Of a stretch of DNA of 64,000 nucleotides, positions 1 through 10,373 are shown piece by piece (the first letter of the stretch is position 1; each line of letters starts with the position of its first letter). The notes beneath the pieces are model-generated. The model did not search any database, was not told the origin of the DNA, and worked only from the letters and a program-made list of their open reading frames with translations. The stretch covers positions 169,709-233,708 of the forward strand of contig CAWGVG010000021.1 of assembly GCA_963825865.1 (NCBI GenBank), given 5' to 3'. The DNA is from an uncultured Nitrososphaeraceae archaeon (GTDB taxonomy: Archaea > Thermoproteota > Nitrososphaeria > Nitrososphaerales > Nitrososphaeraceae). The position numbers and the translations under genes are program-made.

Positions 1-213
1 AGTATACTCTCTACAGTATAACCACCATTAAATTTGCCATCCAAGAATCTTTGAAAATGAACTAATGCAGTTTCGTAGTTCTTTTTGTCTTTAGACTATT
101 TCTCCCCACGCTATCTAAAAATGTTCTAACTTTTGGAAGGTTGTTAATTACTGTACGTGTGGAGATAGTTACCGACATTCCTAGTATTATCAACTAAAAT
201 TTAATATATACTT

Positions 214-612
214 TTAAAGTGTATGCTTTTTTGCATGTATCAATTTTTGCAGTTCTTTAACACAAGAACCCAACTCTTGCTTTGCCTCTTGTTCGTTTCC
301 TTTGTTAATTATGATTTCTCCCGGCCCAAATTTTGAACCATTGATTGTAAGTGGTATATCAAGATGTAGCATTTCAGCTATAAATTCAAAAAGATTTGGG
401 TAAGTTAAATTGTTTATATAAACATATGTGGTCGTTCCGTTGCTAACAACTCCTTCTTTCTTTAATGGAAACACAAAATCTGGCGAAGATATAGAATCAA
501 CGATGCTGATTGCTGCATTTTTTGATTCATACCATAATTTCTTATGTTGTTTTTTTAACTCTACGTATTTCTTTGCTGTATATTCTAGTTCATCTAAATT
601 AATCATTACCAC
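214..612 (-). CDS. hypothetical protein
   Basis: 132-aa ORF with protein-like composition, divergent from rnp4; no motif recognised. Confidence 0.6.
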   Translation of the reverse strand: MVMINLDELEYTAKKYVELKKQHKKLWYESKNAAISIVDSISSPDFVFPLKKEGVVSNGTTTYVYINNLTYPNLFEFIAEMLHLDIPLTINGSKFGPGEIIINKGNEQEAKQELGSCVKELQKLIHAKKHTL

Positions 613-744
613 CTAAAGATAATCACACTACAGGTTAATTACAGTATTTACTCGAAAACGAGTAACTAATGATGGGCCAATCAAAAACATAAAATAAATA
701 CTTATGTTTTAATTCGTATTTCGTATTATTGGGTATAATATTAG

Positions 745-1059
745 ATGAGAAAACAACAGATTGCAAAGGAGATTGCAAAGGAAAGGATTTACATTTTGAT
801 AACAAATGCTTTATATGAATTAAAAGAAGAAGATAAAGATAATCTTGTAAATGCTTATGCAAGGCTCGCTAAAAAAATTGCAATGCGTCTGCGCTTAAAG
901 CTTCCTTACGAAATTCGGCAGTTATATTGTAAAGGCTGTAAACAATTTATTTCTCCAGGAAAGAGTGCTAGAGTAAGAATAGGAAGATCAAATACAAAGG
1001 CCATAAGAATTACTTGCTTAAAATGTGGGCATGTTTATCGCAAAGTCTTAAATCACTAA
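745..1059 (+). CDS. rnp4: Ribonuclease P protein component 4 (Rpp21/Rpr2)
   Basis: IAKERI..L, YCKGCK and ITCLKCG Zn motifs; lies upstream of S19e as usual in archaea. Confidence 0.93.
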   Translation: MRKQQIAKEIAKERIYILITNALYELKEEDKDNLVNAYARLAKKIAMRLRLKLPYEIRQLYCKGCKQFISPGKSARVRIGRSNTKAIRITCLKCGHVYRKVLNH

Positions 1060-1139
1060 GGATTGATTACTTCAAAGTAATTCCTATAAATTAAGAATAA
1101 GGATTTATAAGGGATCTACCGCGTGATTATTTAGTAATT

Positions 1140-1592
1140 ATGGCCAAAGCTTATGATATTCCTTCTGATGATCTCATTGCAGTGTTATCTGAACAGCTAA
1201 AAAAAGACAAGAAAATTGAACCTCCAAGCTGGGCAGCATTTGTCAAGACCGGTGCTCATGTTGAAAAAATTCCCCAAAACAGGGACTGGTGGTATACAAG
1301 ATGCGCTTCTCTTTTGAGAAAAGTTTACATCCACGGTCCTATCGGTATTTCGGATCTAAAAAGTAAATATGGTGGCAGAAAACAAATTGGATACAACCTA
1401 TCTCACCATAAGGACGCAGGTGGAGCAATTATTCGTAAGGCATTACACCAACTGGAGGCAGCTGGTTATATCGTCAAAAAAAGCAAAGGTAGATTGATCT
1501 CAGATGAGGGAATGAAAAAAATCGATAGATTAGCCACCGAATCTTATAAAGAGATTATCAAGTCTTCGCCAGAGTTACAACGATACGCCTAG
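1140..1592 (+). CDS. rps19e: 30S ribosomal protein S19e
   Basis: PSWAAFVKTG, DWWYTRCASLLRKVY and IIRKALHQLE signatures. Confidence 0.97.
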   Translation: MAKAYDIPSDDLIAVLSEQLKKDKKIEPPSWAAFVKTGAHVEKIPQNRDWWYTRCASLLRKVYIHGPIGISDLKSKYGGRKQIGYNLSHHKDAGGAIIRKALHQLEAAGYIVKKSKGRLISDEGMKKIDRLATESYKEIIKSSPELQRYA

Positions 1593-1621
1593 GTTTTTCC
1601 TGTGAGGAGAGATGAAGAGGC

Positions 1622-1909
1622 ATGTCGATTCCTCAACCACAAGAACCAAGTGATGAAGACAAGAAGCGGGAAGCTGAAGCAGTGGCTATGCGGCAACGTG
1701 CTCTAATGGTTCTTTTAGAGCCTTCCGCACGTCAAAGGTTGATGAATGTTAGAATGGTCAAACCAGAACTGGCTACAGCAGTTGAAAATTATTTAATAAA
1801 TGCAGCTTCAACAGGAAAACTGAATAAATCACTGACGGATGAAGAATTGAAACAAATCTTACTTAGCATACAGCAACCAAAAAAAGATTTCAAAATAAAC
1901 AGACGCTAA
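1622..1909 (+). CDS. PDCD5/TFAR19-like dsDNA-binding protein
   Basis: LEPSARQRLMNVRMVKPELA..VENYLI; C-terminal FKINRR; conserved neighbour of rps19e. Confidence 0.92.
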   Translation: MSIPQPQEPSDEDKKREAEAVAMRQRALMVLLEPSARQRLMNVRMVKPELATAVENYLINAASTGKLNKSLTDEELKQILLSIQQPKKDFKINRR

Positions 1910-1916
1910 CTAAAAT

Positions 1917-2090
1917 TAATGTAGTTATGGACTTGCTTTAATAGCAGTTTTCTGATATTGATACCAACAACCGATGTCACAGAAAATCAAAATCAAAATC
2001 AATCAAATTTCTGGGTATAATTCAAACGAATATTATAGGAATTTCATCAATTCATGTAAATCTGAAGCCACAAGCGTGATTATCGCAAGG
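1917..2090 (+). repeat. left long terminal inverted repeat (174 bp)
   Basis: TAATGTAGTTATGGAC...TATCGCAAGG matches the reverse complement of 5843-6012. Confidence 0.95.
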
Positions 2091-2560
2091 GCTTAGGCTA
2101 TTTCATGGACTATATGAGCATTGAACCTGAAAAAGAAGATTATGCCAAGTTGATTGAAGGTAGAGATGTCAGGATTATTCAATCCGACATAATCAATTGG
2201 ATCACACATATGAAAGACACAGCAGGATTATCTCCTGCTTCAATCAAGCTTTACACTGCTGGCGTATATCATTTTTACAAAATGAATGATATAGTGCTAA
2301 ACAAAGATAAAGTCAATGCCTTCAAGCCTGAATTTCACAACGTTGTTGAAGACCAGCCATATACAAGGCAACAGATCAAGACAATGTTGGATAAAGCAGA
2401 ACCTAGAAATCGTGCTATAATTCTGTTACTAAGTTCATCAGGTATGCGTGTTGGTGCATTACCGAATTTAAAGGTAGGTGACTTGACGTCTATAGACAAA
2501 TACAACATATATCAGATACAAGTCTACAAACGTTCAAAATCCAAGTATATCACATATTAG
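1974..2560 (+). pseudogene. tyrosine recombinase/integrase, frameshifted near 2072 and truncated before the HxxR/Y catalytic motifs
   Basis: SAM-like N-terminus (LSPASIKLY) and box I RNRAIILLLSSSGMRVGAL..LKVGDL; ends abruptly at YITY*. Confidence 0.88.
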
Positions 2561-2561
2561 T

Positions 2562-2977
2562 ATGGAGCAACAGATTCGAGAAATTCTTAGTTCAATTCAA
2601 CGGTCCATCTGCATCCTTCCGTATTAACGAACCCATTGTAAGACACAACGATCCAAGTTCGCTCAAAGACATTCTTGAGCAATTTATGCTAGGCATTAGT
2701 GTTCCAAATCTCAAATCCGTTGAAGATATCAGATGCGACAAGTATGTTATGAATGGCAATGATGAAACATGTAGCACTGGTTTTTACTAGGACTGTGAGT
2801 TATCTTGATACAAATAAAATCGTCACATTGATGGTAATTTCAGAGCATGAGGGAGTTATGTATTATTTTACATATGAAGCACTTCCAGACAATTTTGATG
2901 CTATACTGCCAACCGTAGAAAAAATGATTAACTCTTTTAAAATATTGGCAAATACGACTCAGACTCTGTCCTCATAA
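2562..2977 (+). pseudogene. PsbP-like (Mog1/PsbP fold) protein fragment
   Basis: C-terminal YYFTYEALPDNFDAILPTVEKMINSFKI motif typical of PsbP-related proteins; no intact N-terminus. Confidence 0.55.
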
Positions 2978-3506
2978 CGTCGTCGCTATCCAACTCAAGA
3001 AGACTTTGAATACCGTTTGGAGAAATAGAGATGGATTATAAAATATGTAATTGGCACTGATTGAGGATTAATTCTCCAAGTTAAAGACAGATGATCAGAA
3101 ATACGACAGAATAAAAGGCATGATAACAGGATAGAAACTAAAACAGACCCACCTTTTAAAATCTGTGATCCCTGTGTTTATGGTGAATATAAGAGGCTTG
3201 AAAGACTATATTAGAAGACCTTATAGACCAGAAAAAGGTATGGTAAACCCTACCGATGGCAATATCTATGAATACGGGTAGGAAGAGTTGACGAACAAAT
3301 AGGCAAACGCTTAGGAATATCGTATGAAACTTAAATTATCCATCATGTTTGTTCATTTGAAAAACGTACGGCATTACAACCGTTCAATTTTGGAAAGTTT
3401 TACAGACCTATGATTAAGATGCTTTTCAAGTATAGGTTATAACTTACGTTATGTTTTGTTAGCTGAAGTAACGCCTCGCCATTACAGGCCTTTTGAGTTC
3501 AAATGT

Positions 3507-3585
3507 GCTATTTGACGGATTTGACGGCGTATTTGACGCGCTATTTGACCGCTCATTGACACATTTGACGCGCTATTTGACGGAC
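3507..3585. repeat. cluster of seven (A)TTTGAC(G) units
   Basis: TTGAC at 3512, 3521, 3533, 3545, 3556, 3565 and 3577. Confidence 0.85.
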
Positions 3586-3689
3586 ATATGATAAATATAT
3601 AAACTGATGTCACTATTTCTTAAGTAAGTAAATAAGAATATGCCTGAGCGATTCCAGAAACTATAAAATCACGAGTTATAATACAATGG

Positions 3690-3798
3690 CTCCAAGGCCT
3701 TATTAGTAAGGTATGAAAAAATCAGAGAACTATCTTGCACTGGTTTGCTTAGCTTGTTGTATTATTGTCTATAGGAGGATAATTTTGGGATAGGCTCT
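3690..3798 (+). pseudogene. IS5-family transposase C-terminal remnant with probable right end
   Basis: LLVRYEK../ENYLALVCLACCIIVYRRIILG* followed by TTTTGGGATAGGCTCT. Confidence 0.6.
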
Positions 3799-3829
3799 TC
3801 CCTGTCTTTTCTTATATGTTGAAAAATTC

Positions 3830-4911
3830 TATGGAGCTTAATCCAATATGACCCTACTATATTTTCGTTCTGTGATATGATATGTAGACATATGGATTAT
3901 ATTGTTCAGACTGGATGCTGGTAATAGCTCTAATACTTGCCATAGTAACACTTGCAGGTTTTATTTCTCCAGCAATCCTTTTAGGACTAATTTTTCTACT
4001 TGGGCTAGAGAGCAATAAGTACGCCTGCATTTTCTCCATTTTTGCTTGGAACAGTTCCTCGTAGCGAGATTAGAAGTGCTATAACATTAAATGGTGTAGC
4101 ATTAAACATTGGTCGAGGAATAGGACCTGCAATTGGTGGTATTATAGTATAGCGATATAGGACCTGCGAGCAGTCTTTCTAATCAACTCCTTGTCATTTA
4201 CTGGAATTGTAATAGTTCTTCTGCGGTACTAAGAACATGAACAGCACAGGGCAGCAAACAGACAGAAGAAATTAGTCGCCTTCCTGCAGAAAGAATGTTT
4301 GGTGCTATTCGGGGCTGGCTTGAGATATGTCAGAAATAGCCCTTCAATAAATAGTGTATTTGTTAGATATACTGCTTTTGCAGTATCATCAAATGCACTT
4401 CCAGCATTACTTCCATCATTATCGCGTTTTGCATTAAGATTAGACTCTACTGGCTATGGAATTTTGTTTGGTCTTTTTGGTGTGGGGGCAATCATAGGTG
4501 GAATTAAAATGTAACCAAGAGCAATTAAGAAAACATCTCCTGATAATTTGGTAGTTATTGCAAAAGCTTATTTTCTCAGTTTCATACATCATACTTGGAT
4601 TGATACATAATCTAGTTGTATTATATGCTCAAATGGTACATAGCTGGAATTGCACAGCTTATGGCATTTTCTACGTTGGTACTTATGTTCTATATCGTGG
4701 TTTGCCAAACTGGGTGATGTCCCGAGTTGCTTCTGTATATCAGTCGAGTTTTGCAAGTACCATAGTGGGTGGAACTTACTTTGGGTGTAAAACTGCTGAC
4801 AAATTAGGAATTAGGATTACGTTACTAATAACAGGTATTGCAATAGTATCAGCAGGATTAATCACAAAGTTAAAGTTCCCTCTCCTGCATGTAGAGGGAG
4901 AAGTCTCTTAA
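3830..4911 (+). pseudogene. MFS transporter pseudogene
   Basis: fragments AITLNGVALNIGRGIGPAIGG, AGLRYVRNSP, LDSTGYGILFGLFGVGAIIGG; several stops and frameshifts. Confidence 0.7.
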
Positions 4912-5842
4912 GACATTTAGTAATACTGTCTAAGACTTTATCTGTCTTCTATGGGTGCTATTTAAAGAACCAAAACGTTAGGCTGACTGAGTTAGGCAGA
5001 AAAAATTGTGATAAAGGAATATCTATTCCACCATCAACTCATCAGGCACGTTAACCTATGATAAGACTGACTAGTGAATAATCGGACCAACTACCATGGA
5101 TGGATGGATGATAATGCGGGCAATTGCAGATTTGGACATCTTGACCAAATTAAACAGATAAACAAACATGGATTTAATTTTTGAATTACAAACAGATCGT
5201 TACTGATGATCAGAAACACTATGTCCGAAAAATAGATAAATGGAATTCTTCCTTGTTAACTAATTTATCAAAGGATCAATGCTATACCTGGTTTTGATGT
5301 CCGATCCTTTTCTAGTTACATGCAATCACGAAGTAACCTTTTTCTATCCACTTTAGCATTTCTGCCGCTTACAGTTTCAGATGAAGTCCATTCCATCTCC
5401 TCTTCAGTCGCAGACTTAGAACTTCTAAGCTCATGCACACAAAACTTGTATCTGTTAACTGGTTTGTCTGGTTGGCTTTCATATGTAACTATCTCTTCGG
5501 TGGTTTTTTTGGGACAAATTGCAGTAACTTATGATCTCCATCTTTGAACTTGATGAATTTCGTGTTCCTTGAAGATGCTTTCTGGTCTCCAATTGTAACC
5601 TCATATCTGCTGCCTTACGTTTGGTTTCCTCACTTAGGACTTGTTTGCCTGTATTCTTTGTACTTGTTTTTTATTTACATTTACACTTGCAGTTTGATTT
5701 GCTGACATTTTACTATCAAGCAAGCATACAACGTTTACCAATATGGCTTTTTTCATCTTACATTGTTATCTAGATCATCATACTCTGTTGATTCTTTACA
5801 TACTCTATATGGCTTGAATTCTTTGCATTTACATTCAAACAA

Positions 5843-6012
5843 CCTTGCGATAATCACGCTTGTGGCTTCAGATTTACATGAATTGATGAAATTCCTATAA
5901 TATTCGTTTGAATTATACCCAGAAATTTGATTGATTTTGATTTTGATTTTCTGTGACATCGGTTGTTGGTATCAGTATCAGAAAACTGCTATTAAAGTCC
6001 ATAACTACATTA
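5843..6012 (-). repeat. right long terminal inverted repeat (170 bp)
   Basis: reverse complement of 1917-2090; encodes the same MSQKIKIKINQ...SEAT N-terminus (ORF 5753-5959). Confidence 0.95.
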
Positions 6013-6157
6013 ACTAAAATAGTTGTTTTATATATAATTTTTTGCACATATATATATATATATATGCTATCTCAGCTAACTTGACAAGGCATATCTCGTT
6101 AAAATTAGCGATTTGGGTTTAGTTAACTATATTAAGTCTTGACATCGTTTCAATTTT

Positions 6158-7208
6158 ATGAAGGCAGCCGTATTTCGGGAATATAATAAAGATCCTACAA
6201 AAGTTGTGAAGATTGAAGATATTGACATGCCAAAATTGAAACCTAACGAAGTTATGATGAAGGTAGAATCAGCATCATACAATTATAATGACCTTTGGGC
6301 TATTTGGGGAGACCCGCTTAAAGTTCCAATACCACATATTTCTGGCAGCGATGTGGCAGGTACCTATAGTAGAGGCTGGCGAAGATGTTACAAAATTCAA
6401 GGTCGGAGACAGGGTTGTCTCACATTCTAACTTAAGCTGCAGAGTTTGTAATATGTGTACATCTGGGAGAGAGTATGACTGCAATGATAGATTAGTCTGG
6501 GGATTCCAGACGGGTCCACTGTGGGGCGGTTTTGTTCAATATACACATCTACCAGAAGTAAACGTTGCCAAAATACCGGACAATATATCATTTGATGACG
6601 CAGCCGCAATCTCAATGGTTGGAATGACTGCATGGCACATGTTAGTAGGCAGAGCCAAGATAAAGCCTGGTCAAACAGTCCTGATCATGGGTGGGACCAG
6701 TGGAGTAGGCATGGCAGGAATTCAGATTGCAAAATTATACAACTGCACCGTCATTGCTACTGCAGGTAATAAAGAAAAAATGGACAAATGTTCAGAGATA
6801 GGCGCAGACTATGTAGTTAACCACAGAGAAGCAGATTGGCATAAGAAGGTAAGAGAGATTACAAAGAAACAGGGCGTAGATGTTATCTTTGAACATATCG
6901 GCAAAGCAGCATTTGCACAAGAAGTTGCCCTTTTGAAGATGGCTGGAACTCTTGTAGCGACAGGTGCAACTACTGGTTACGATTCAACTATTGACTTGAG
7001 ATATCTCTTCTTCAAAGGAACAAACTTGCTCGGCTCCACTCAGGGAACTAAAGCTGAACTAGAAGAGGTAATTTATTGGACGGGCAAGGGCAAGATAAAG
7101 CCCATTATTCATACAATTCTACCCTTTAGTGACATGGTAAAAGGCCATATAATGATGGCTAATGCTGAACAGATTGGAAAAATTCTAACTACACCACAGA
7201 AACTCTAA
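6158..7208 (+). CDS. Zn-dependent MDR-family alcohol dehydrogenase (candidate acryloyl-CoA reductase-type enzyme of the 3HP/4HB cycle); one frameshift near 6362
   Basis: PHISGSDVAG, structural Zn CRVCNMC..C, GGTSGVG NAD(P)-binding loop; split across ORFs 6158-6430 and 6288-7208. Confidence 0.88.
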
Positions 7209-7244
7209 TCTTCATCCTCCTTCTCTTGTCTTTCATACATACAG

Positions 7245-8165
7245 ATGATGTTCAGAAGTCTGATATTTGTTCCTAGCAACATCAAGCGTTTTATTAATAA
7301 AGTTAAGGTAGTAAATGCGGATATTATATGCTTTGATCTAGAAGATTCTGTCCCTGTAAATGAAAAAGCTGTCGCGAGGCAGACGATCATGGAGGCGCTG
7401 ACACAAAGGACGGAATATAAATCAAATGTCTATATCAGGATAAATTCCTTTGAATCTGGTCTAGCACTTCTAGACCTAAACGCAATAATTCGCAAGGGAA
7501 TTGATGGAATTGTCATACCAAAGGTAAATGACGAAATGGAATTTTCCAATCTAGTAGATCTTATTTCTACTCTTGAGCAGAAGAGGGGAATTGAAAAGAA
7601 CAGTATCAAATTGATGCCATCTATTGAAACTGCAAAAGGTGTGGTTAATGCTTATTCCATAGCAAAGACAGTTCAAAGAGTAAATGCGTTAGTTTTTGGA
7701 GTTTTTGATTTCCTTTATGATATGCGTCTTGATTATGATGAAAATGATGGAATTGAATATGCATATGCTCGCGCCAAAGTCTCTGTTGATGCAAGAGCTG
7801 CAGGAGTTGCCGCTATTGACGGCATCTGGCAAAAAGTCGACGATATTGATGGGTTAAGAAAAGATGCTATAATTGCAAAGCGATTAGGATATTCAGGAAA
7901 GAGTATAATTCATCCTAATCATATAGAAACAGTTCACAAAATTTTTGTCCCAAACAGAAAAGAAATTGAATGGGCAAAGAAAGTATTGGAAGCGCTGGGT
8001 GAAGCAATGGAAAAAGGAGCCAACAGAGGTACAGTTAAGCTTGAAGGAAAAATGATTGATGCTGTACATTACAAACAGGCAAAGGCAATTTTGGATGCTA
8101 TAAATAATAATAAAAATAAAAATAATAATAAAAATAAAAATTTGAATTTAGAAAATCCAAAATAA
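7245..8165 (+). CDS. CitE/HpcH-family CoA-ester lyase (citryl/malyl-CoA lyase-like)
   Basis: RSLIFVP, FDLEDSV, YIRIN, IETAKG, GKSIIHP and GKMIDA motifs. Confidence 0.92.
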   Translation: MMFRSLIFVPSNIKRFINKVKVVNADIICFDLEDSVPVNEKAVARQTIMEALTQRTEYKSNVYIRINSFESGLALLDLNAIIRKGIDGIVIPKVNDEMEFSNLVDLISTLEQKRGIEKNSIKLMPSIETAKGVVNAYSIAKTVQRVNALVFGVFDFLYDMRLDYDENDGIEYAYARAKVSVDARAAGVAAIDGIWQKVDDIDGLRKDAIIAKRLGYSGKSIIHPNHIETVHKIFVPNRKEIEWAKKVLEALGEAMEKGANRGTVKLEGKMIDAVHYKQAKAILDAINNNKNKNNNKNKNLNLENPK

Positions 8166-8166
8166 C

Positions 8167-9410
8167 GTCATAAAGATTGTCGGGAAGGAAACCCACATTT
8201 CTTTAGAAGTGGGAGGAATTCCCGACTATGATAAAAGCTAAATACTGGGTTATTGATAGATATTTCCAATATTCTTGCTTCAATCCCTAACGATCAGGCT
8301 TGAAACTTCAGAAGAAGATAAAATCACTTTGCTAGAGACTATGAGAAAATACAATGAAGCATGCAATTTTGTTGCTGAAAAAGCATTTTTCTTAAAGTTA
8401 ACTAACAAATACAAACTGCATAAGGAAGTATATAGAGAGATAAGAGAGAAGTTTAACCAAAGTTCTCAGTTCGCTGTTAGGATAATAGGGAAGGTTGTAG
8501 AGGCATACAAAAGAGATAAAACAACCAAGCCCAAGTTTAGAGAACTTGGAGCAATCCAATACGATCAGCGCAATTCCAAAATAGGAATTGACAAAGTATC
8601 AATAATGACATTAAACGGAAGGATCAAACTTGCAACCAGGATAGGCGAAGTACCAGAAATCAAGGTTTGACAGGGTAAAAGGGCAATCTGATTTAATTTA
8701 TAGAAATGGAATTTTCTACCTAATTGTAGTTGTTGATGCATCTGAGAAATCAAATGAATACGATCCAGTAGGTGCTTTAGGCGTTGATCTAGGAATTGAG
8801 AATATAGCAGTAGATTCAGATCGGCAGGTATTTGAAAGCAAGAAAGTTGAGAAATCAAGGAAAAGGTACTCTGGATTACGAAAGGAATTGCAGAAGGTAG
8901 GGACTAAATCAGCAAAGAGAAAGTTAAAGAAATTATCAGGTAAGGAACGAAGATTCAAGAAGGATGCTAACCACGTTATATCAAAGGCCATTGTCTCAAA
9001 GGCTAAAGGCACAGCTAGGGCTATAGGGATGGAAGACTTGACAAATATATGCACAAGCTCTAGGGCAACTGTTAACTTCAAAGGTAGCAAAAGAGACAGG
9101 CATTCAAAATGGAGCTTTGGAGAATTGAGGAACTTTGTAACGTACAAGGCAAAGAATGAAGGTGTCCCATTGAAGATTGTAAGTTCTAAGAACACTTCAA
9201 GGCAATGCCCTGAATGCGAATACATAGATCAGAGAAACAGAAAATCAAGGAATGAATTTGAATGCCTTCAATGTGGCTATAATGAAATGGCGGACTATGT
9301 TGCAGCAAAGAATATTGCTGCCAAGGCTAGGGCTGCAGTCAATCAGCCTATTGTAGCACCTCTTTTTTCGGTAGTTACAAGCCCACATACTTTAGTGGTG
9401 GGTAGTTGAC
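8167..9410 (+). mobile_element. IS200/IS605-family TnpB-only (IS1341-like) element
   Basis: left hairpin GTCGGGAA..CCCAC..GTGGG..TTCCCGAC (8179-8226), right hairpin CCCAC..GTGGG followed by TAGTTGAC (ends 9410); no tnpA; boundaries approximate. Confidence 0.8.
8275..9409 (+). CDS. tnpB: TnpB RNA-guided endonuclease (frameshifted between ~8640 and 8720)
   Basis: YNEACN N-terminus; RuvC-I LGVDLG, RuvC-II GMEDL, Zn finger CPEC...CLQC, RuvC-III ADYVAAKNI. Confidence 0.92.
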
Positions 9411-9439
9411 ATAAAATTATAGGATACAATATACCCAGC

Positions 9440-9502
9440 CCTCTAGTGCAATGTAATTTTATACTTGCTTGTTTATTTTAAATTGTTGATTAATTAATTG
9501 AT
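9440..9502 (+). repeat. attL-like direct repeat
   Basis: CCTCTAGTGCAATGTAATTTTATACTTGCTTGTTTATTTTAAATTGTTGATTAATTAATTGAT. Confidence 0.9.
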
Positions 9503-9530
9503 TAATCGGTATCTAATACTGGTTTATTAG

Positions 9531-10140
9531 ATGGATGATGACATTATTTTTCATATATCTATGAAAAAAGATGCACCTTCTTTTTATCATCATCAAACAA
9601 CGGATACCTCTTCTTCTTCTTCCATTACTGCTGATTATAAATCGATTGAAAGTAATTCAGAACTGTTATTTGATCGAAAGGTTGATCAAGCTACGGCAGG
9701 CTTAGATTCACACTATCGTGAGAGCCTAAAAAACAAAGTATCAAAGGAAAATGCTCTTGCAATATCAAATTTCGTCCTTGCAATGAAGTCTGAAATCAAT
9801 CTTTCAGATCATTATAGAAGGCTAATTATTACAGTGCTATGCAAATTCTCTTGCTTCCACAACAACAATCAGAAACCCTTTAGTGAAATATCTAGAGACG
9901 ATGTACTATCTTATCTGGACAGCCTTCGCAAACCAGAAGTGATAGATCCGTTGCATAAATGGTTAGGCACGTACAACCTTTACAGAATGTTATTAATGAG
10001 ATTTTTCAGATGGTTTTATTACCAAGATATAGAGCCAAACAAAAGACCAAAACCGAAGGCAGTTGAAAACATCGCCCAATTGAAAAGGAAAGAGCAGTCA
10101 ATATACAAACCTACTGACTTATGGAGCAAAGAAGATGACA
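9531..10140 (+). pseudogene. integrase N-terminal (core-binding) fragment, catalytic domain lost
   Basis: EINLSDHYRR, ISRDDVLSYLDSLRKPE..DPLHKWLGTYN..RFFRW, KPTDLWSKEDD as in Nitrososphaera-type integrases; protein-like sequence stops at ~10140. Confidence 0.78.
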
Positions 10141-10373
10141 TCTTCGTCATGAATATATCTAGGTGTAGCCGCCATAATCAGACAATCATATTTTTTAATT
10201 TCTTCTTCAATGTCCTCTAATAAATTTGACGGTGACTGCGTATATTTTCCTACTGTCCCTCCGGTAGAAAATCCTTTTGATTGCGCTAAATTTATAACAT
10301 TTTCTACAAAAGGTTTATCCTCTTCTCTCGAACTACAACTTAAGAAAGCTTTTATATTTTGATCGTCTGCCAT
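10119..10373 (-). pseudogene. TIR-like/NDT-like flavodoxin-fold domain, N-terminal fragment
   Basis: KAFLSCSSREEDKPFVENV and IEEEIKKYDCLIMAATPRY resemble TIR betaA-alphaA and alphaB-betaC; truncated. Confidence 0.55.

Larger units (their letters stand above)
1917..6012. mobile_element. 4.1-kb non-autonomous element with long terminal inverted repeats and target-site duplication
   Basis: 1917-2090 is the reverse complement of 5843-6012 (one 4-bp indel, one substitution); ACTAAAAT at 1909-1916 and 6013-6020 (extendable to TAACTAAAAT). Confidence 0.85.

Noticed and set aside
96-170. stem-loop and short similarity to 50246-50263 (AGATAGCG..GTGGGGAGA)
   Set aside because: The match is under 20 bp and imperfect, which is not enough to call a repeat family or ncRNA.
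3507-3585. possible mini-CRISPR array
   Set aside because: Units are only 9-12 bp with no spacers, and no cas genes are present.
1917-6012. casposon call for the TIR element
   Set aside because: No Cas1-like casposase or family B polymerase inside; only the TIR/TSD layout is similar.
6049-6065. (TA)n microsatellite next to the TIR element
   Set aside because: Short dinucleotide run in AT-rich intergenic DNA with no supportable function.
8102-8140. AAT/AAA repeat at the end of the citE-like gene
   Set aside because: Simple low-complexity tract encoding NNNKNK; similar poly-N/S/T tracts are common throughout this window.
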